From Candidatus Hydrogenedentota bacterium (GTDB taxonomy: Bacteria; Hydrogenedentota; Hydrogenedentia; Hydrogenedentales; SLHB01), in the NCBI GenBank assembly GCA_036789645.1, contig DAIQLC010000023.1, positions 1,065 to 65,064 of the forward strand: DNA of 64,000 nt, read 5' to 3'. The position numbers and the translations under genes are program-made. This document shows positions 1 to 9,146 of this stretch, in pieces (positions within the stretch are counted from its first letter, which is position 1; every line of letters begins with the position of its first letter). The notes beneath the pieces were generated by a model. It was not told where the DNA came from. It ran no database searches and saw nothing but the letters and a program-made list of their open reading frames with translations.

Positions 1-471
1 TCCGAGCGCGGCGGGGTCATGTGCCATTCGAACTGGTAGATGAAGAGCCCCCAGGCGAGCCACCCCCCGGCCACCATCTCGGCGATCAGCCCGGCCCATT
101 GGGGCTTGTGGTCATCGGCTGATTCGAGGCCGAGCCCAAACAGCCCGCCGCCGAGAAAGCCATACAGCCCGCCGATCACGGCCAGCATCGAGAAGCCGTA
201 AATCACATCGATGAATTCGTTGCCCCGGCAGTAGCCAATGACGATTCCATAGCTCATGATCCCGCCCGCGCCCCAGCCGATGGCGCACAACGCCGCCAGC
301 GTGGGGGCGCGGCGCATCCACCGCGGGTCGCGCATGCCGACCAGCAGCGCCAGCCCCCCGCAACCACCAGCCCACGCGGCGCCCCATTCATGCCCGAAAT
401 GTCCGCGAATCGCCCACGCCAAACCCAGCGCCAGCGCGGTGAACACCATCACATACCACTTGCGCATCGTC
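1..471 (-). CDS. Hypothetical polytopic membrane protein; 5' end of the gene only, the 3' end runs off the window start
   Basis: Minus-strand ATG at 471 (MTMRKWYVMVFTALALGLAWAIRGHFGHEWG...). The frame stays open to position 1. Hydrophobic Gly-rich segments typical of a transporter or membrane protein. Same strand as the downstream enolase and AKR genes. Confidence 0.55.
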
Positions 472-477
472 ATCCTT

Positions 478-1701
478 TCATGCGGAATGCTTCGACCGTT
501 CCGCGAGATCCCGGAGTTTGACTTCATCCACCTGTATGCCGAGTCCGGGGCCTGTCGGGAGTCTCAGTTTGCCCTGCTCGACGCGCAACGGCTCCGCGAG
601 CACACTTTCGCCGAGGAACTGCGGCCCGTTCAAGGCCGCGGGATACCGCAGACCGTGCGCGCCGTAGAGGAGCGCCGACGCCGCCAGGGCGATGTCCGGC
701 TCGGTCAGGCCGCTGCCCAAAAACAGGAGCCCGGCGTCTTCCAGCAGGGCAATCTCCCGCCGCGCGGGCAACAACCCGGCGCAGCGCGTCGGCTTCATGG
801 CCACGCCGTCACAGCACTCCAGTTTGATGAACTCGACCAGGTCGTCCGGCGACACCACCCCTTCGTCCAGAATGATGGGCACCGCCCCCTGCCGCCGGAG
901 GGCCTGGTAGCCGGTGATCCGGTTGGCCGGCAACGGCTGTTCAAACACGTCGAGCCCGGCTTCCGCGAGCTTCGGCGCCAAGGTCAGGGCCGTCGTCACG
1001 TCATACGCCCCATTGGCGTCGCCCCACAGGAAACCCTCTGGTGCGAGCCGCTTCACGATGCGGCACATCTCCAGATCAAAGGCGGGCTCGGGCCCCAGCT
1101 TGACGTTGAAATGCTCGTAGCCCGCCTCCCGGCCTTTCAGGAGCAGCGGTTCGACTTCATTCAGGGTCCTGGGATTGAGCGTCCAGCTCAACGTCAAGGC
1201 GTCCGGCACGGTCCGCCCCCACAGTTCCGCCAGGGTGCAGTTCAGCGCCTTGCCGATCAGGTCGTGGAGGGCGGTATCCACGCCGGCTTTCGCGATGGGC
1301 GCGCCCGTGGAAAACGAATTTGCGATCTCCCGGTTCATCGCCGCGTGGAGCGCATTCAGGTCAAACGGGTTCCGGCCCAGCAGCACCGGCCGCAGATACA
1401 GGTCGATGGTCGTGGTCACGCTCTCCAGCGTCTCATAGCTCCACCGTGGGCTCGGGATGCTCTCCCCCCACCCCACGGTGCCGTCGTCGGCCGTGATCTT
1501 CACCACGGCGGACGCGCGCCCGTACCCCGTCGGCCCTTCGAAGAACTTGAACCGCATCACGGTGGGATACCACACCGGGATGACCTCGATGCTGGCGATC
1601 GTCACCGAGCGTGACGCGCCGGCCGGCGCATCACGCGCCAGCGTGATCCCGGCCAGTCCCCCCGATAGCGCCTTCAGAAATCCTCGCCGCGTAGTCTTCA
1701 T
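478..1701 (-). CDS. Enolase-superfamily enzyme (mandelate racemase/muconate lactonizing enzyme-like; putative sugar-acid dehydratase/epimerase) with twin-arginine signal
   Basis: 407-aa ORF. N-terminal RRGFLKALSGGLAGITLA TAT motif. MR/MLE-like barrel motifs (KLGPEP, DANGAY, LFEQP-like FEQPLP). Confidence 0.85.
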   Translation of the reverse strand: MKTTRRGFLKALSGGLAGITLARDAPAGASRSVTIASIEVIPVWYPTVMRFKFFEGPTGYGRASAVVKITADDGTVGWGESIPSPRWSYETLESVTTTIDLYLRPVLLGRNPFDLNALHAAMNREIANSFSTGAPIAKAGVDTALHDLIGKALNCTLAELWGRTVPDALTLSWTLNPRTLNEVEPLLLKGREAGYEHFNVKLGPEPAFDLEMCRIVKRLAPEGFLWGDANGAYDVTTALTLAPKLAEAGLDVFEQPLPANRITGYQALRRQGAVPIILDEGVVSPDDLVEFIKLECCDGVAMKPTRCAGLLPARREIALLEDAGLLFLGSGLTEPDIALAASALLYGAHGLRYPAALNGPQFLGESVLAEPLRVEQGKLRLPTGPGLGIQVDEVKLRDLAERSKHSA

Positions 1702-1704
1702 ACT

Positions 1705-2700
1705 TCAGGCGGGCCCCTCCGTCTCCTCCGCCGCCTCGCGGATGATGGCCAGTTCGTCTTCGCTCAGATCCAGGTCCGCCGCGGCCGCGTTCTCCTCCAC
1801 CTGTTGTGCATTCCTCGCGCCCGCGATCACCGTGGTGATCCCCGGCTGCGACAGTGTCCAGTACAGCATGACCTGGGCCAGCGTGGCGCGGTGACCGTCG
1901 GCAATCGGCCGCACCTTCTCCAGCATGTCCAGGACGCGCCTGCGGTTTTCAGGCGAAAACCAGCGGTTCCTGCTGCGGCCGTCCGTCTGCGGAAACTGCC
2001 GGTCCAGGGTCACCTTGCCGGTCAACAGCCCCTGAGCCAGCGGACTGTATGCCAGGATCCCGAGATCGTGTGTCCGGCAGAACGGGACAATGTCCCGCTC
2101 GATGTCGCGGCGCAGCGCATTGTACGGCGACTGGCTGCTCACGATGCGCCCGCAACGCAGACACGCCTCCATCAGCCCGGTCGGGAAATTGCTCACCCCG
2201 AAACAGCGGATCTTGCCTGCGTCTTGGAGTTCGAGCAGGGCGCCGATGGTCTCCTCCACCGGGGTGCCGGTTTCATCGGGCCAGTGGCACTGGTAAAGAT
2301 CGATGTAATCCGTTCCCAGGCGTTGCAGGCTGGCCTCACACTCCTCCTTGATGGAATCCGCTTTCAGGATGTGCGTGATGGCGCCCACGTCGCCCTTGCC
2401 GGTGGCCGGGTCAAACGTGATCTCCTCGCCCGAGAGTCCCCAGCGCGAACCACACTTGGTGGCAAGCAGCACCCGGTCGCGCAGGCCGCGAATAGCCTTC
2501 CCCACCACCCGCTCGCTGTGTCCCATTCCGTAAATCGCTGCGGTGTCAACACATGTGATCCCCGCATCCACCGCGCGGCGGATGGCGTCCACGGCCGCGT
2601 GGTCATCCGTGCCGCCCCACCAGAAGCCCCCGATGGCCCAGGCACCGAATGTGACCGCCGGAACCTGCAGAGCGCTGTCTCCCAACTGCCGGTGTTTCAT
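1705..2700 (-). CDS. Aldo/keto reductase family oxidoreductase
   Basis: 331-aa ORF with AKR hallmarks (DTAAIYG, GVSNF, tyrosine/lysine catalytic context). Stop is 4 bp from the enolase start. Confidence 0.9.
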   Translation of the reverse strand: MKHRQLGDSALQVPAVTFGAWAIGGFWWGGTDDHAAVDAIRRAVDAGITCVDTAAIYGMGHSERVVGKAIRGLRDRVLLATKCGSRWGLSGEEITFDPATGKGDVGAITHILKADSIKEECEASLQRLGTDYIDLYQCHWPDETGTPVEETIGALLELQDAGKIRCFGVSNFPTGLMEACLRCGRIVSSQSPYNALRRDIERDIVPFCRTHDLGILAYSPLAQGLLTGKVTLDRQFPQTDGRSRNRWFSPENRRRVLDMLEKVRPIADGHRATLAQVMLYWTLSQPGITTVIAGARNAQQVEENAAAADLDLSEDELAIIREAAEETEGPA

Positions 2701-2924
2701 TCAGTGCATCCCCACCGGGTGCAACCCCTCAAACCATTGCTCTAAAATAACTTGAACCAAAACTGTCCAACGAGGAACCGGCGCGGCACGCGAGTCGAGC
2801 CGCACACAACAGGCGACACCCGGCCGTCAAGGGCATTTCCGTCGCCCGGAAACGCGCCTCGGAAAGCCATTCTCTTCCCCGTGCGTGCGCCTCCCGAAAC
2901 AGAGATGCCCGCTTACCGGCTTTA

Positions 2925-3258
2925 AGGTATAATGCATTCGATTCGGAAAGGCAAGACCGGCGTCACCGGCATACGGGCCGGCGAAACGTTGCTGGAGGCC
3001 GGCCGGATTTGCTAAAGTGGCCTTGTATTCAGAGTTTCCCTGCCGTGTTCGAGGGATAGGGCGAAAATTGTACCTTAGAAATTGAACCGGGAGCCCGATA
3101 TCTGAGTAGCTGACGACATGCCCCCTCGTCGGGGAAGCCGGAAGGCTGCCGTGAGGGCACCCCCTTAGTGGGTGAGGTTCAATTTTTCGTCCCGTCTACG
3201 GCACAGTGCGGGGAAGTCAAGAAGCGGGATTCTCGTAATCCCGCTTTTTCTGTTTTGC
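2925..3258 (+). ncRNA. Candidate small non-coding RNA (about 320 nt) defined by a -10 box and an intrinsic terminator with no ORF between them
   Basis: GGTATAAT at 2926-2933. Terminator hairpin agcgggatt/ctcgt/aatcccgct followed by ttttctgtttt at 3223-3256, plus strand only. No ORF of 60 aa or more bridges the element. Divergent from the AKR gene. Confidence 0.25.
3223..3256 (+). terminator. Rho-independent terminator (9-bp perfect stem, 5-nt loop, T-tract)
   Basis: agcgggatt-ctcgt-aatcccgct-ttttctgtttt, read directly. Confidence 0.6.
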
Positions 3259-3552
3259 CGCGCGGCGCGTTCCCGGCCCGTCTATGTCGGACGCGGCCGA
3301 CAGGCCCGCGGTCCTGCCGCCCGGGACTGCCACAACGGCAGGATTTGTCCGCTACGACGGGAATCCGGCACCCTCCGGCCGGCTTCGCCCCCGTTCAGTC
3401 AACAGATATTTGTCACAAAAACCGCTATTTTCGGGGTTTTTCACCTTGGATACCCCACGTGGCATGAGCTTTGCACTGCGTAAACGTGCGCACTTGGAGG
3501 CTTTTGCCCCGGCGATGCCTTCCGGGGATAAACGCTTTCCAAAAGTTAAGAG

Positions 3553-3581
3553 TTGACAAAGTTTCGCAGTTTTGGTAGTAT
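3553..3581 (+). promoter_or_regulatory. Near-consensus sigma70 promoter for the pil operon (TTGACA-17 bp-TAGTAT)
   Basis: ttgaca at 3553-3558, 17-bp spacer, tagtat at 3576-3581. About 120 bp upstream of the pilM ATG. Confidence 0.55.
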
Positions 3582-3701
3582 CTACTGTAGGAAGAAGCGG
3601 AATCCAGGCCGCTGTGTGCCCAGCACACCACTTGCCAGGTTCAGGGGAGCTTGCCGCGGCAATGGGCACGCAAACGCCTCGAAAGTGGGGTATCAAGGCC
3701 A

Positions 3702-4949
3702 ATGCTGTTTTCCAAGCCGAGTAAAGCCATTGGCGTCGACATCGGCTCCCATTCTGTCAAAGCCGTCCAGATGACGAAATCGGGAGGGCGGTTGCGCGTC
3801 GAGCAGGTCGGATTCGGCGCCGTCGACCGCAACAAGATCAACGTCGACCCAATTGCAGCCCAAGCCGCGGCGGTTCGCGACGCCCTGCTGCGGATGAACC
3901 TGCCCCAGAGCCTGCTCGTGGGTTCCCTCCCGGGGCAGAACGTGGTCATCCGCTACCCGCATCTGGCGGACATGCCCGCGAACCAGATCGCGGAAGCCGT
4001 CGAGAACGAGGCCGGCCAGAACATCCCGTACGAGCTTTCGGAGGTCTATCTGGACTGGTCGCTGCTGGAGAAGGTCGCCGACAATGGCGAGACGACGCTC
4101 CGGGTCCTGCTGGTCGCGGCGAAACACGAGGTGATCGAGTCGCGGGTGCAGATCGCCAACGCGGCGCAGATCCAGTACACCGTGCTGGGGGTGGATTCGC
4201 TGGCGCTGGCCGATGCGGCGGAGTCGTGCGATTACCTGCGGACCGGCGAATCGGTGGCGCTCCTCAATCTCGGGGCCTCGACCACCAGCATCCATTTCAT
4301 GAAAGGCGGCCTCTCGAACTTCATTCGCGACATCAGTTGGGGCGGGCGCGAACTGATTCAGGCCATTGCCAAGAGCCGGCGGTGCGAATTCGTGGAGGCG
4401 GAGAAGGTGCTGACCAGCGCCAGTCTGCTGACGCCGCCTCCGGTTCCCGACCGGCAGGCCGCGTCCGAACCCGCGCCCGGTCCGTTTCCGCCCGCGCCTC
4501 CGTCGCGGGGCGGCGGTTCGCTTCTCGATCCCTTTGACGACGAGCTGGGGGATTTTGGCGGCAGCCAGACGGCGCCCCCGAAGCCTCCGGTCCACAGCAT
4601 GGGGATGGGCGTGGGCGGCGGCGCACCCGAGGAAAAAGATCTGCGCGAAGTGCTGACCTCGCCGCTGACGCGGCTGGTCACCGAGATTCGCCGTTCGTTC
4701 GACTACTACGAACAGCAACTGTACGAAAAACCGGTGGAACGGCTGATCCTGAGCGGCGGCGTCGCTCAGTTGCCGGGTCTTCCGGAGGCCCTTGGCGAAG
4801 AGCTGGGGCTCGAGAATGTGGAAGTGGCCAACCCGGCCTCGAGCGCCCTCATCCTGGGCCAGGAGACAGCCGTTGCCGAACTGCGGCGGCGGCCCGCCCA
4901 GTTCATGGTCGCGATTGGCCTGGCTGCACGGGGAGCCGCGGAACTATGA
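3702..4949 (+). CDS. pilM: Type IV pilus assembly ATPase-fold protein PilM (with Pro-rich insertion)
   Basis: MLFSKPSKAIGVDIGSHSVKAVQM actin-like N-terminus typical of PilM. The six-frame ORF starts at 3651, but the PilM-like start is the ATG at 3702. About 70-aa Pro/Gly-rich insert (PPPVPDRQAASEPAPGPFPPAPPSRGGG...). Confidence 0.85.
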   Translation: MLFSKPSKAIGVDIGSHSVKAVQMTKSGGRLRVEQVGFGAVDRNKINVDPIAAQAAAVRDALLRMNLPQSLLVGSLPGQNVVIRYPHLADMPANQIAEAVENEAGQNIPYELSEVYLDWSLLEKVADNGETTLRVLLVAAKHEVIESRVQIANAAQIQYTVLGVDSLALADAAESCDYLRTGESVALLNLGASTTSIHFMKGGLSNFIRDISWGGRELIQAIAKSRRCEFVEAEKVLTSASLLTPPPVPDRQAASEPAPGPFPPAPPSRGGGSLLDPFDDELGDFGGSQTAPPKPPVHSMGMGVGGGAPEEKDLREVLTSPLTRLVTEIRRSFDYYEQQLYEKPVERLILSGGVAQLPGLPEALGEELGLENVEVANPASSALILGQETAVAELRRRPAQFMVAIGLAARGAAEL

Positions 4950-5620
4950 TTACGATCAACCTGCTTCCAAAGCATCTGCGGCCCGTCAAACGGACCCCCA
5001 TCCCCCACATCCTCAGCATCCTGGTTCTGCTGGCGGCCATTGCGGGCATGGTGGTCGTGTTCGGCGCGGTCCACGCCCGGCTCATGCTCACGCGGGGCGA
5101 ACTCGACGGCGTCCAGAAAGACCTCGCCGGCCTGCAGGCCGTCAAGGACGAGTATGACCAGCTCATGGCGGACAAGACGAAGCTGGCCAGCAAGATCAAA
5201 GCCATCGAGGAGATCACCCGCGACCGCATAATCTGGTCGCGGCAACTGTACAACCTGAACCGTCTGGCTCCCGACAATCTCTGGTACACCGACATCGCCG
5301 TCGATACCAAGCGGATCGAAAAAGAAGTGCCGGTGATCGGCAAAGACGGCAAGCCGGTGCTGGATCCCAACACCAACAAACCGCGCATGGGCAAGGTCAA
5401 CGTCGATATCCCCCTGCTCCGCGTGGCCGGATACGTCATGGAGACCCCTGACGGACGCCTCGACACGGGCACCTTTGCCCGGGCCGCGGAGACCGACGAG
5501 GAATTCTCGTCGCTCTTCCAGATCGAGCCGCCGCGCGTCGAGGATACGACGTACGAAGGCTACCGGGTTCGCAAGTTCTCCTTCGAATTCATCATCAAGA
5601 AGGGAGGCGAATCGTCATGA
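4946..5620 (+). CDS. pilN: Type IV pilus inner-membrane component PilN
   Basis: MITINLLP start with a single TM, then a coiled-coil/ferredoxin-like periplasmic part. ATGA overlap with pilM. Confidence 0.85.
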   Translation: MITINLLPKHLRPVKRTPIPHILSILVLLAAIAGMVVVFGAVHARLMLTRGELDGVQKDLAGLQAVKDEYDQLMADKTKLASKIKAIEEITRDRIIWSRQLYNLNRLAPDNLWYTDIAVDTKRIEKEVPVIGKDGKPVLDPNTNKPRMGKVNVDIPLLRVAGYVMETPDGRLDTGTFARAAETDEEFSSLFQIEPPRVEDTTYEGYRVRKFSFEFIIKKGGESS

Positions 5621-6192
5621 TTGGTTTCCTGAAAGGCACCGTCACTCCCAAAGACTGGATGTTCGTCGGCGTTATCCTGGGGCTGACCGCCCTGCTGTGC
5701 GCCGTCTTCTACTTCCTGGTCTACCAGCCGGAACTTCAGCGTCTCGACCAGACCCGGAAAGAGCTGGCCGACGCGCAGACCGAGCTCGCGAACCGCAAGC
5801 AACTGGCCGCGAACATCGACGCCCTGCGTGCGGACACCGCCCAGATCCGGGAACTGGTGAGCGATTTCGAGGAACGCCTGCCCTCCGAGCGCGAGATTGC
5901 CACGCTCCTCACCCAGTTCGAGGACATCGCCGGAGACGTGGGCGGGCTCGATGTGCAGATGCGCGCCCAGATCGCCCGCCCGGAGGGCGCCAAACTCACC
6001 ATCCCTTACCGCATTGTGGTTCGTGGAAGTTTTCACGACATTGCCGAGTTCATCAACCGCCTGGAACGGTTCAAGCGGTACCTGAAGGTCTCCGAACTCC
6101 AGGTCGGGCCCGAAAAAGACGGGGTGTCGGAGGCTGAATTCACCCTGAGCACCTATACCTTCGTAGAAAACGATACGGAGGGCGCGGCGTGA
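5617..6192 (+). CDS. pilO: Type IV pilus inner-membrane component PilO
   Basis: 191 aa with a single N-terminal TM and coiled coil. 4-bp overlap with pilN. Position matches a pilMNOPQ operon. Confidence 0.8.
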   Translation: MIGFLKGTVTPKDWMFVGVILGLTALLCAVFYFLVYQPELQRLDQTRKELADAQTELANRKQLAANIDALRADTAQIRELVSDFEERLPSEREIATLLTQFEDIAGDVGGLDVQMRAQIARPEGAKLTIPYRIVVRGSFHDIAEFINRLERFKRYLKVSELQVGPEKDGVSEAEFTLSTYTFVENDTEGAA

Positions 6193-6851
6193 ACAAGAAG
6201 ATCACAAAAATCGTGTTCCTCGCGATCCTTGGCCTGGTTGCGGCGTACTTTGTGGTGACCCGCGTACTGACCGAGTCTCCCGAGGACAAACAGTGGCGTG
6301 AGCAGTACGAGGCCAATCAGAAGGCGCGCGAAAGCGGCCAGGCGCCCGCGGCCACCGCGGCAGCCGGTTCCGGCGGCGCATCGACCGCGGCCCCGGCGGC
6401 GGCCGGCAGCCCCGCCGCCGCCAGTACCGCGGCGATCGACTTCGAGCAGCTCGCCTCCGGCATCAAGGAAATCGAGTTCGACTACGATGCCATCCGGAAG
6501 ACCGAGCAGCGCCGCAATCCCATGGCGCCGCTGGTGGGTCCCTACGTTGCGCCGGCCGTTATGGCGGCGTCAGGGCCTGGCGAAGCGGCCAACACAAACG
6601 ACGAAGCCATCGTGTCCGCGATTCGCCGCAACCTGCTGTTGTCGGGGATCATGTGGCACCCGACCGCACCCGTCGCGATCATCAACAATGAAGCAATTCC
6701 TGCCGGCTACACCTTCCCGAACGAGATGTTCCGCACAGCTCGCTCGGCAAGCGGCCTGGAGGATGCGGTTACCGTCAAGAGCATGACGCAACACAGCGTG
6801 ATTCTGAAATACAAAGACTCGGAAATCACCCTGGAGCTGAAGGAGCGGTAA
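6189..6851 (+). CDS. pilP: PilP-like lipoprotein/periplasmic pilus component (divergent, Ala/Pro-rich linker)
   Basis: Fourth gene of the operon. N-terminal TM or lipoprotein-like anchor, a low-complexity AAAPAAAGSPAAAS linker and a C-terminal beta domain. Assigned mainly by position. Confidence 0.55.
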   Translation: MNKKITKIVFLAILGLVAAYFVVTRVLTESPEDKQWREQYEANQKARESGQAPAATAAAGSGGASTAAPAAAGSPAAASTAAIDFEQLASGIKEIEFDYDAIRKTEQRRNPMAPLVGPYVAPAVMAASGPGEAANTNDEAIVSAIRRNLLLSGIMWHPTAPVAIINNEAIPAGYTFPNEMFRTARSASGLEDAVTVKSMTQHSVILKYKDSEITLELKER

Positions 6852-6852
6852 G

Positions 6853-9024
6853 GTGATGTCTCTAAAAGCTTATGTCTCTGCGTTGGCCGCGGTGGGTGTT
6901 GTTGCTGGGCTGACCATCCTGTCGGCGTCCACCATCGAAGCCGCCGAAGGAGGGGGCGTTTGCCCGGGCGAAACCTGCCGCTCCGCCGAAAGTCTTATCG
7001 AGGCGCTCTTCGCCGCGCCACCGGCGGAATCCGCGGATGCATCCGCCGCGCCGCCCACGGTCGAGGTGATCACGCTGACCAGCCTGACCGCCCCGCCGCC
7101 CCGGCCCGCGACTGAGCCGGTCTATGCGGCCACGCCCGAACCGGCACTGCCGTTCGAAGCGCCGATGGCGCTTGTGCAGGCTGTGCCCATCAGGCTCGAG
7201 GGCATGCCCATGATCCGCCTCGCCGCCACGGAGAAAGCGGAAGAAGGCGAGGAGGCTCCCGCGGAGGAGCCCGCCCAGGCAGAAGGCGCGGAAGCTTCCG
7301 CCCCGGCCTCACCCTCACCCGAGCCCGCCCCCGCGCCCGCGCCGGCGGCGCCGGTACCTCCGGCCCCCCGGGAAGCCCGGCCAGAGATGAAACCGGTCAC
7401 GCGGGAAGCCAAGCCCATTCCCGTGCCTGTGGAAGGCACCAGTCTGGCCCCGGCCGAACTGAAAACCGCGCCCGCGCCCCAATACAAGGGCGACCCCCTG
7501 CGCAAGCCCGTCACCATCGAGTTCCGTGAGATGGATCTCAGCAATGTCGTGGCCCTCCTCGCGCAGCAGGCGGACATCAACGTCATCGCGGGCACCGAAA
7601 TCACCGGCACCGTGACGGCCAGCCTCAAGAACATCCCGCTGATGGAAGCCATGGAAGTCGTCCTGGGGATGAACGGCCTGGGCATCGTCAAGGAAGGCTC
7701 CATCTACCGCATCGTCAGCATCGACGAGGCGATTGCCGCGAAACGCACCACCCGGCTCGTGGTCCTCGAGAAGGCCAAGCCCGACGAAGTCAAGACCACG
7801 CTTGACGCCATCGTTATCGGGTATCCGGACGCCCAGGCGATTTCCGTCGCCGCCAATCCCAGCACCAACGTCGTTGTGCTGGCCGGGCCCGACGAACGCG
7901 TCCAGGAACTGGAACAGATTGCCCGCCAGCTCGACATCGCCGAGCCGGTCATCCCCACCGTGACGCGCGCGATCAAGCTCAATTATGCCGAACCCCAGGG
8001 GGTCCGCCCCGTGATTGAAGGCATGATCACCAAAGACATCGGCATGGTCGAGGAAGACGAGCGCGGCCGTCACATCGTCGTCACCGACACCCCGCTTGTG
8101 GTCGAGCAGATCGAGGCGTTGATCAAGGACCTCGACACCCCCGTGAAACAGGTCGCGATCGACGCGATGATCGTCGACGCGGTCATGCGTGACGCGTCCC
8201 AGACGGGCGTCGACTGGCTTGTCGAACACATACCGGATCGCAACCGCCGCGGCGAGGTCATCGGCAACCTGCAGGAACTCGCCCTCGACGCGACTATGGG
8301 CAACATCGGCGGCGACCTGCTCGACGCCGGCATACTCTCGATCGGAACGCTCAGCAGCGACTGGAACTTCCGCGCCGACATCGCCGCGGAGGTCCAGAGC
8401 CGCAATGCGGAGATTCTGGCCAATCCGGTCATCGTAACGGTGGAAAACAAGCCCGCCCAGATCCAGATTGTCCAGGAGTACCCCTACCAGGAACTGACCC
8501 AGTCCACCGAGGGCGGGTCCGTGGCTTCGACCGAGTTCAAGCCCATCGGCGTAACCCTCGAGGTCACGCCGCGCGTCACCCACGAAAACGACATCATCGT
8601 GGATGTCCAGACCAAACAGAGTTCCATCAGCGGGCTGTCCGAAACGGGCGTCCCGATCGAAGACAAGCGCGAGGCCGCCACCACCCTGCTCACGGGGAAT
8701 GGACGCACCATCTTCATCGGCGGCCTGCGCAACGTCTCCGACCGTCTTGACGTCAGCAAGCTGCCGGTGCTGGGCGACATCCCGATCGCCAAGTTCCTCT
8801 TCAGCCAGAACGACATCGAGAAGGTCAACACCGAGTTGCTGGTCTTCATGACCTGCAACGTCGTTGAGAAGGAACTGCCGGAACTCAGCCCCGAACAGCG
8901 CACGCGCCACGACAAGATCGACACCGTTCCGGAAGTCCCCGATTCCCAGCGCGCGCTCTTCCGCAGTATGACCCACCCCGAAGAGATTCGCGACCCCGCC
9001 TGGAAATGGCGCCGGAAAAAGTGA
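6853..9024 (+). CDS. pilQ: Type IV pilus secretin PilQ
   Basis: 723 aa. Signal peptide, long Ala/Pro/Glu-rich linker, N0/N1 secretin domains and a C-terminal secretin core (LPVLGDIPIAKFLFSQN...TELLVFMT). Confidence 0.9.
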   Translation: MMSLKAYVSALAAVGVVAGLTILSASTIEAAEGGGVCPGETCRSAESLIEALFAAPPAESADASAAPPTVEVITLTSLTAPPPRPATEPVYAATPEPALPFEAPMALVQAVPIRLEGMPMIRLAATEKAEEGEEAPAEEPAQAEGAEASAPASPSPEPAPAPAPAAPVPPAPREARPEMKPVTREAKPIPVPVEGTSLAPAELKTAPAPQYKGDPLRKPVTIEFREMDLSNVVALLAQQADINVIAGTEITGTVTASLKNIPLMEAMEVVLGMNGLGIVKEGSIYRIVSIDEAIAAKRTTRLVVLEKAKPDEVKTTLDAIVIGYPDAQAISVAANPSTNVVVLAGPDERVQELEQIARQLDIAEPVIPTVTRAIKLNYAEPQGVRPVIEGMITKDIGMVEEDERGRHIVVTDTPLVVEQIEALIKDLDTPVKQVAIDAMIVDAVMRDASQTGVDWLVEHIPDRNRRGEVIGNLQELALDATMGNIGGDLLDAGILSIGTLSSDWNFRADIAAEVQSRNAEILANPVIVTVENKPAQIQIVQEYPYQELTQSTEGGSVASTEFKPIGVTLEVTPRVTHENDIIVDVQTKQSSISGLSETGVPIEDKREAATTLLTGNGRTIFIGGLRNVSDRLDVSKLPVLGDIPIAKFLFSQNDIEKVNTELLVFMTCNVVEKELPELSPEQRTRHDKIDTVPEVPDSQRALFRSMTHPEEIRDPAWKWRRKK

Positions 9025-9040
9025 CCGGGCCCGCATCCAA

Positions 9041-9077
9041 ACGGCCACAAGCCTCACCGCTTGCGGCCGTTTTTTTG
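9041..9077 (+). terminator. Rho-independent terminator after pilQ (12-bp stem, 1 mismatch, T7 tract); may also serve the convergent dnaE2
   Basis: acggccacaagc-ctcacc-gcttgcggccgt-ttttttt, read directly. Confidence 0.65.
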
Positions 9078-9146
9078 TGGCCGGGCGCGACACCCTGGTC
9101 TCTCCCCGCCGCCCGGCGGGACGCCGGCATCCTGCGCGTCTCTCCC

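Noticed and set aside
256-1614. Long plus-strand ORF (452 aa) antisense to the enolase gene. The window holds many similar long antisense ORFs, e.g. 9642-12536, 17083-19359, 21954-23102, 25303-27021, 29053-30897, 40580-42322, 42709-44889, 47550-48620, 52509-53840, 53886-55511, 55758-57038 and 59311-60591.
   Set aside because: High GC content suppresses stop codons on the antisense strand. The translations are Arg/Pro/Gly-rich low-complexity sequence with no motifs, and each overlaps a well-supported gene on the other strand.
2925-3258. Considered RNase P RNA, tmRNA, SRP RNA or 6S RNA identity for the orphan transcript
   Set aside because: None of the conserved core motifs are present (P4 GGAAAGUCCGG/ACAGAA for RNase P, a 3' tRNA-like GGUUCGAAUCC...CCA for tmRNA, the SRP domain IV loop). 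It is left as an unclassified sRNA candidate.
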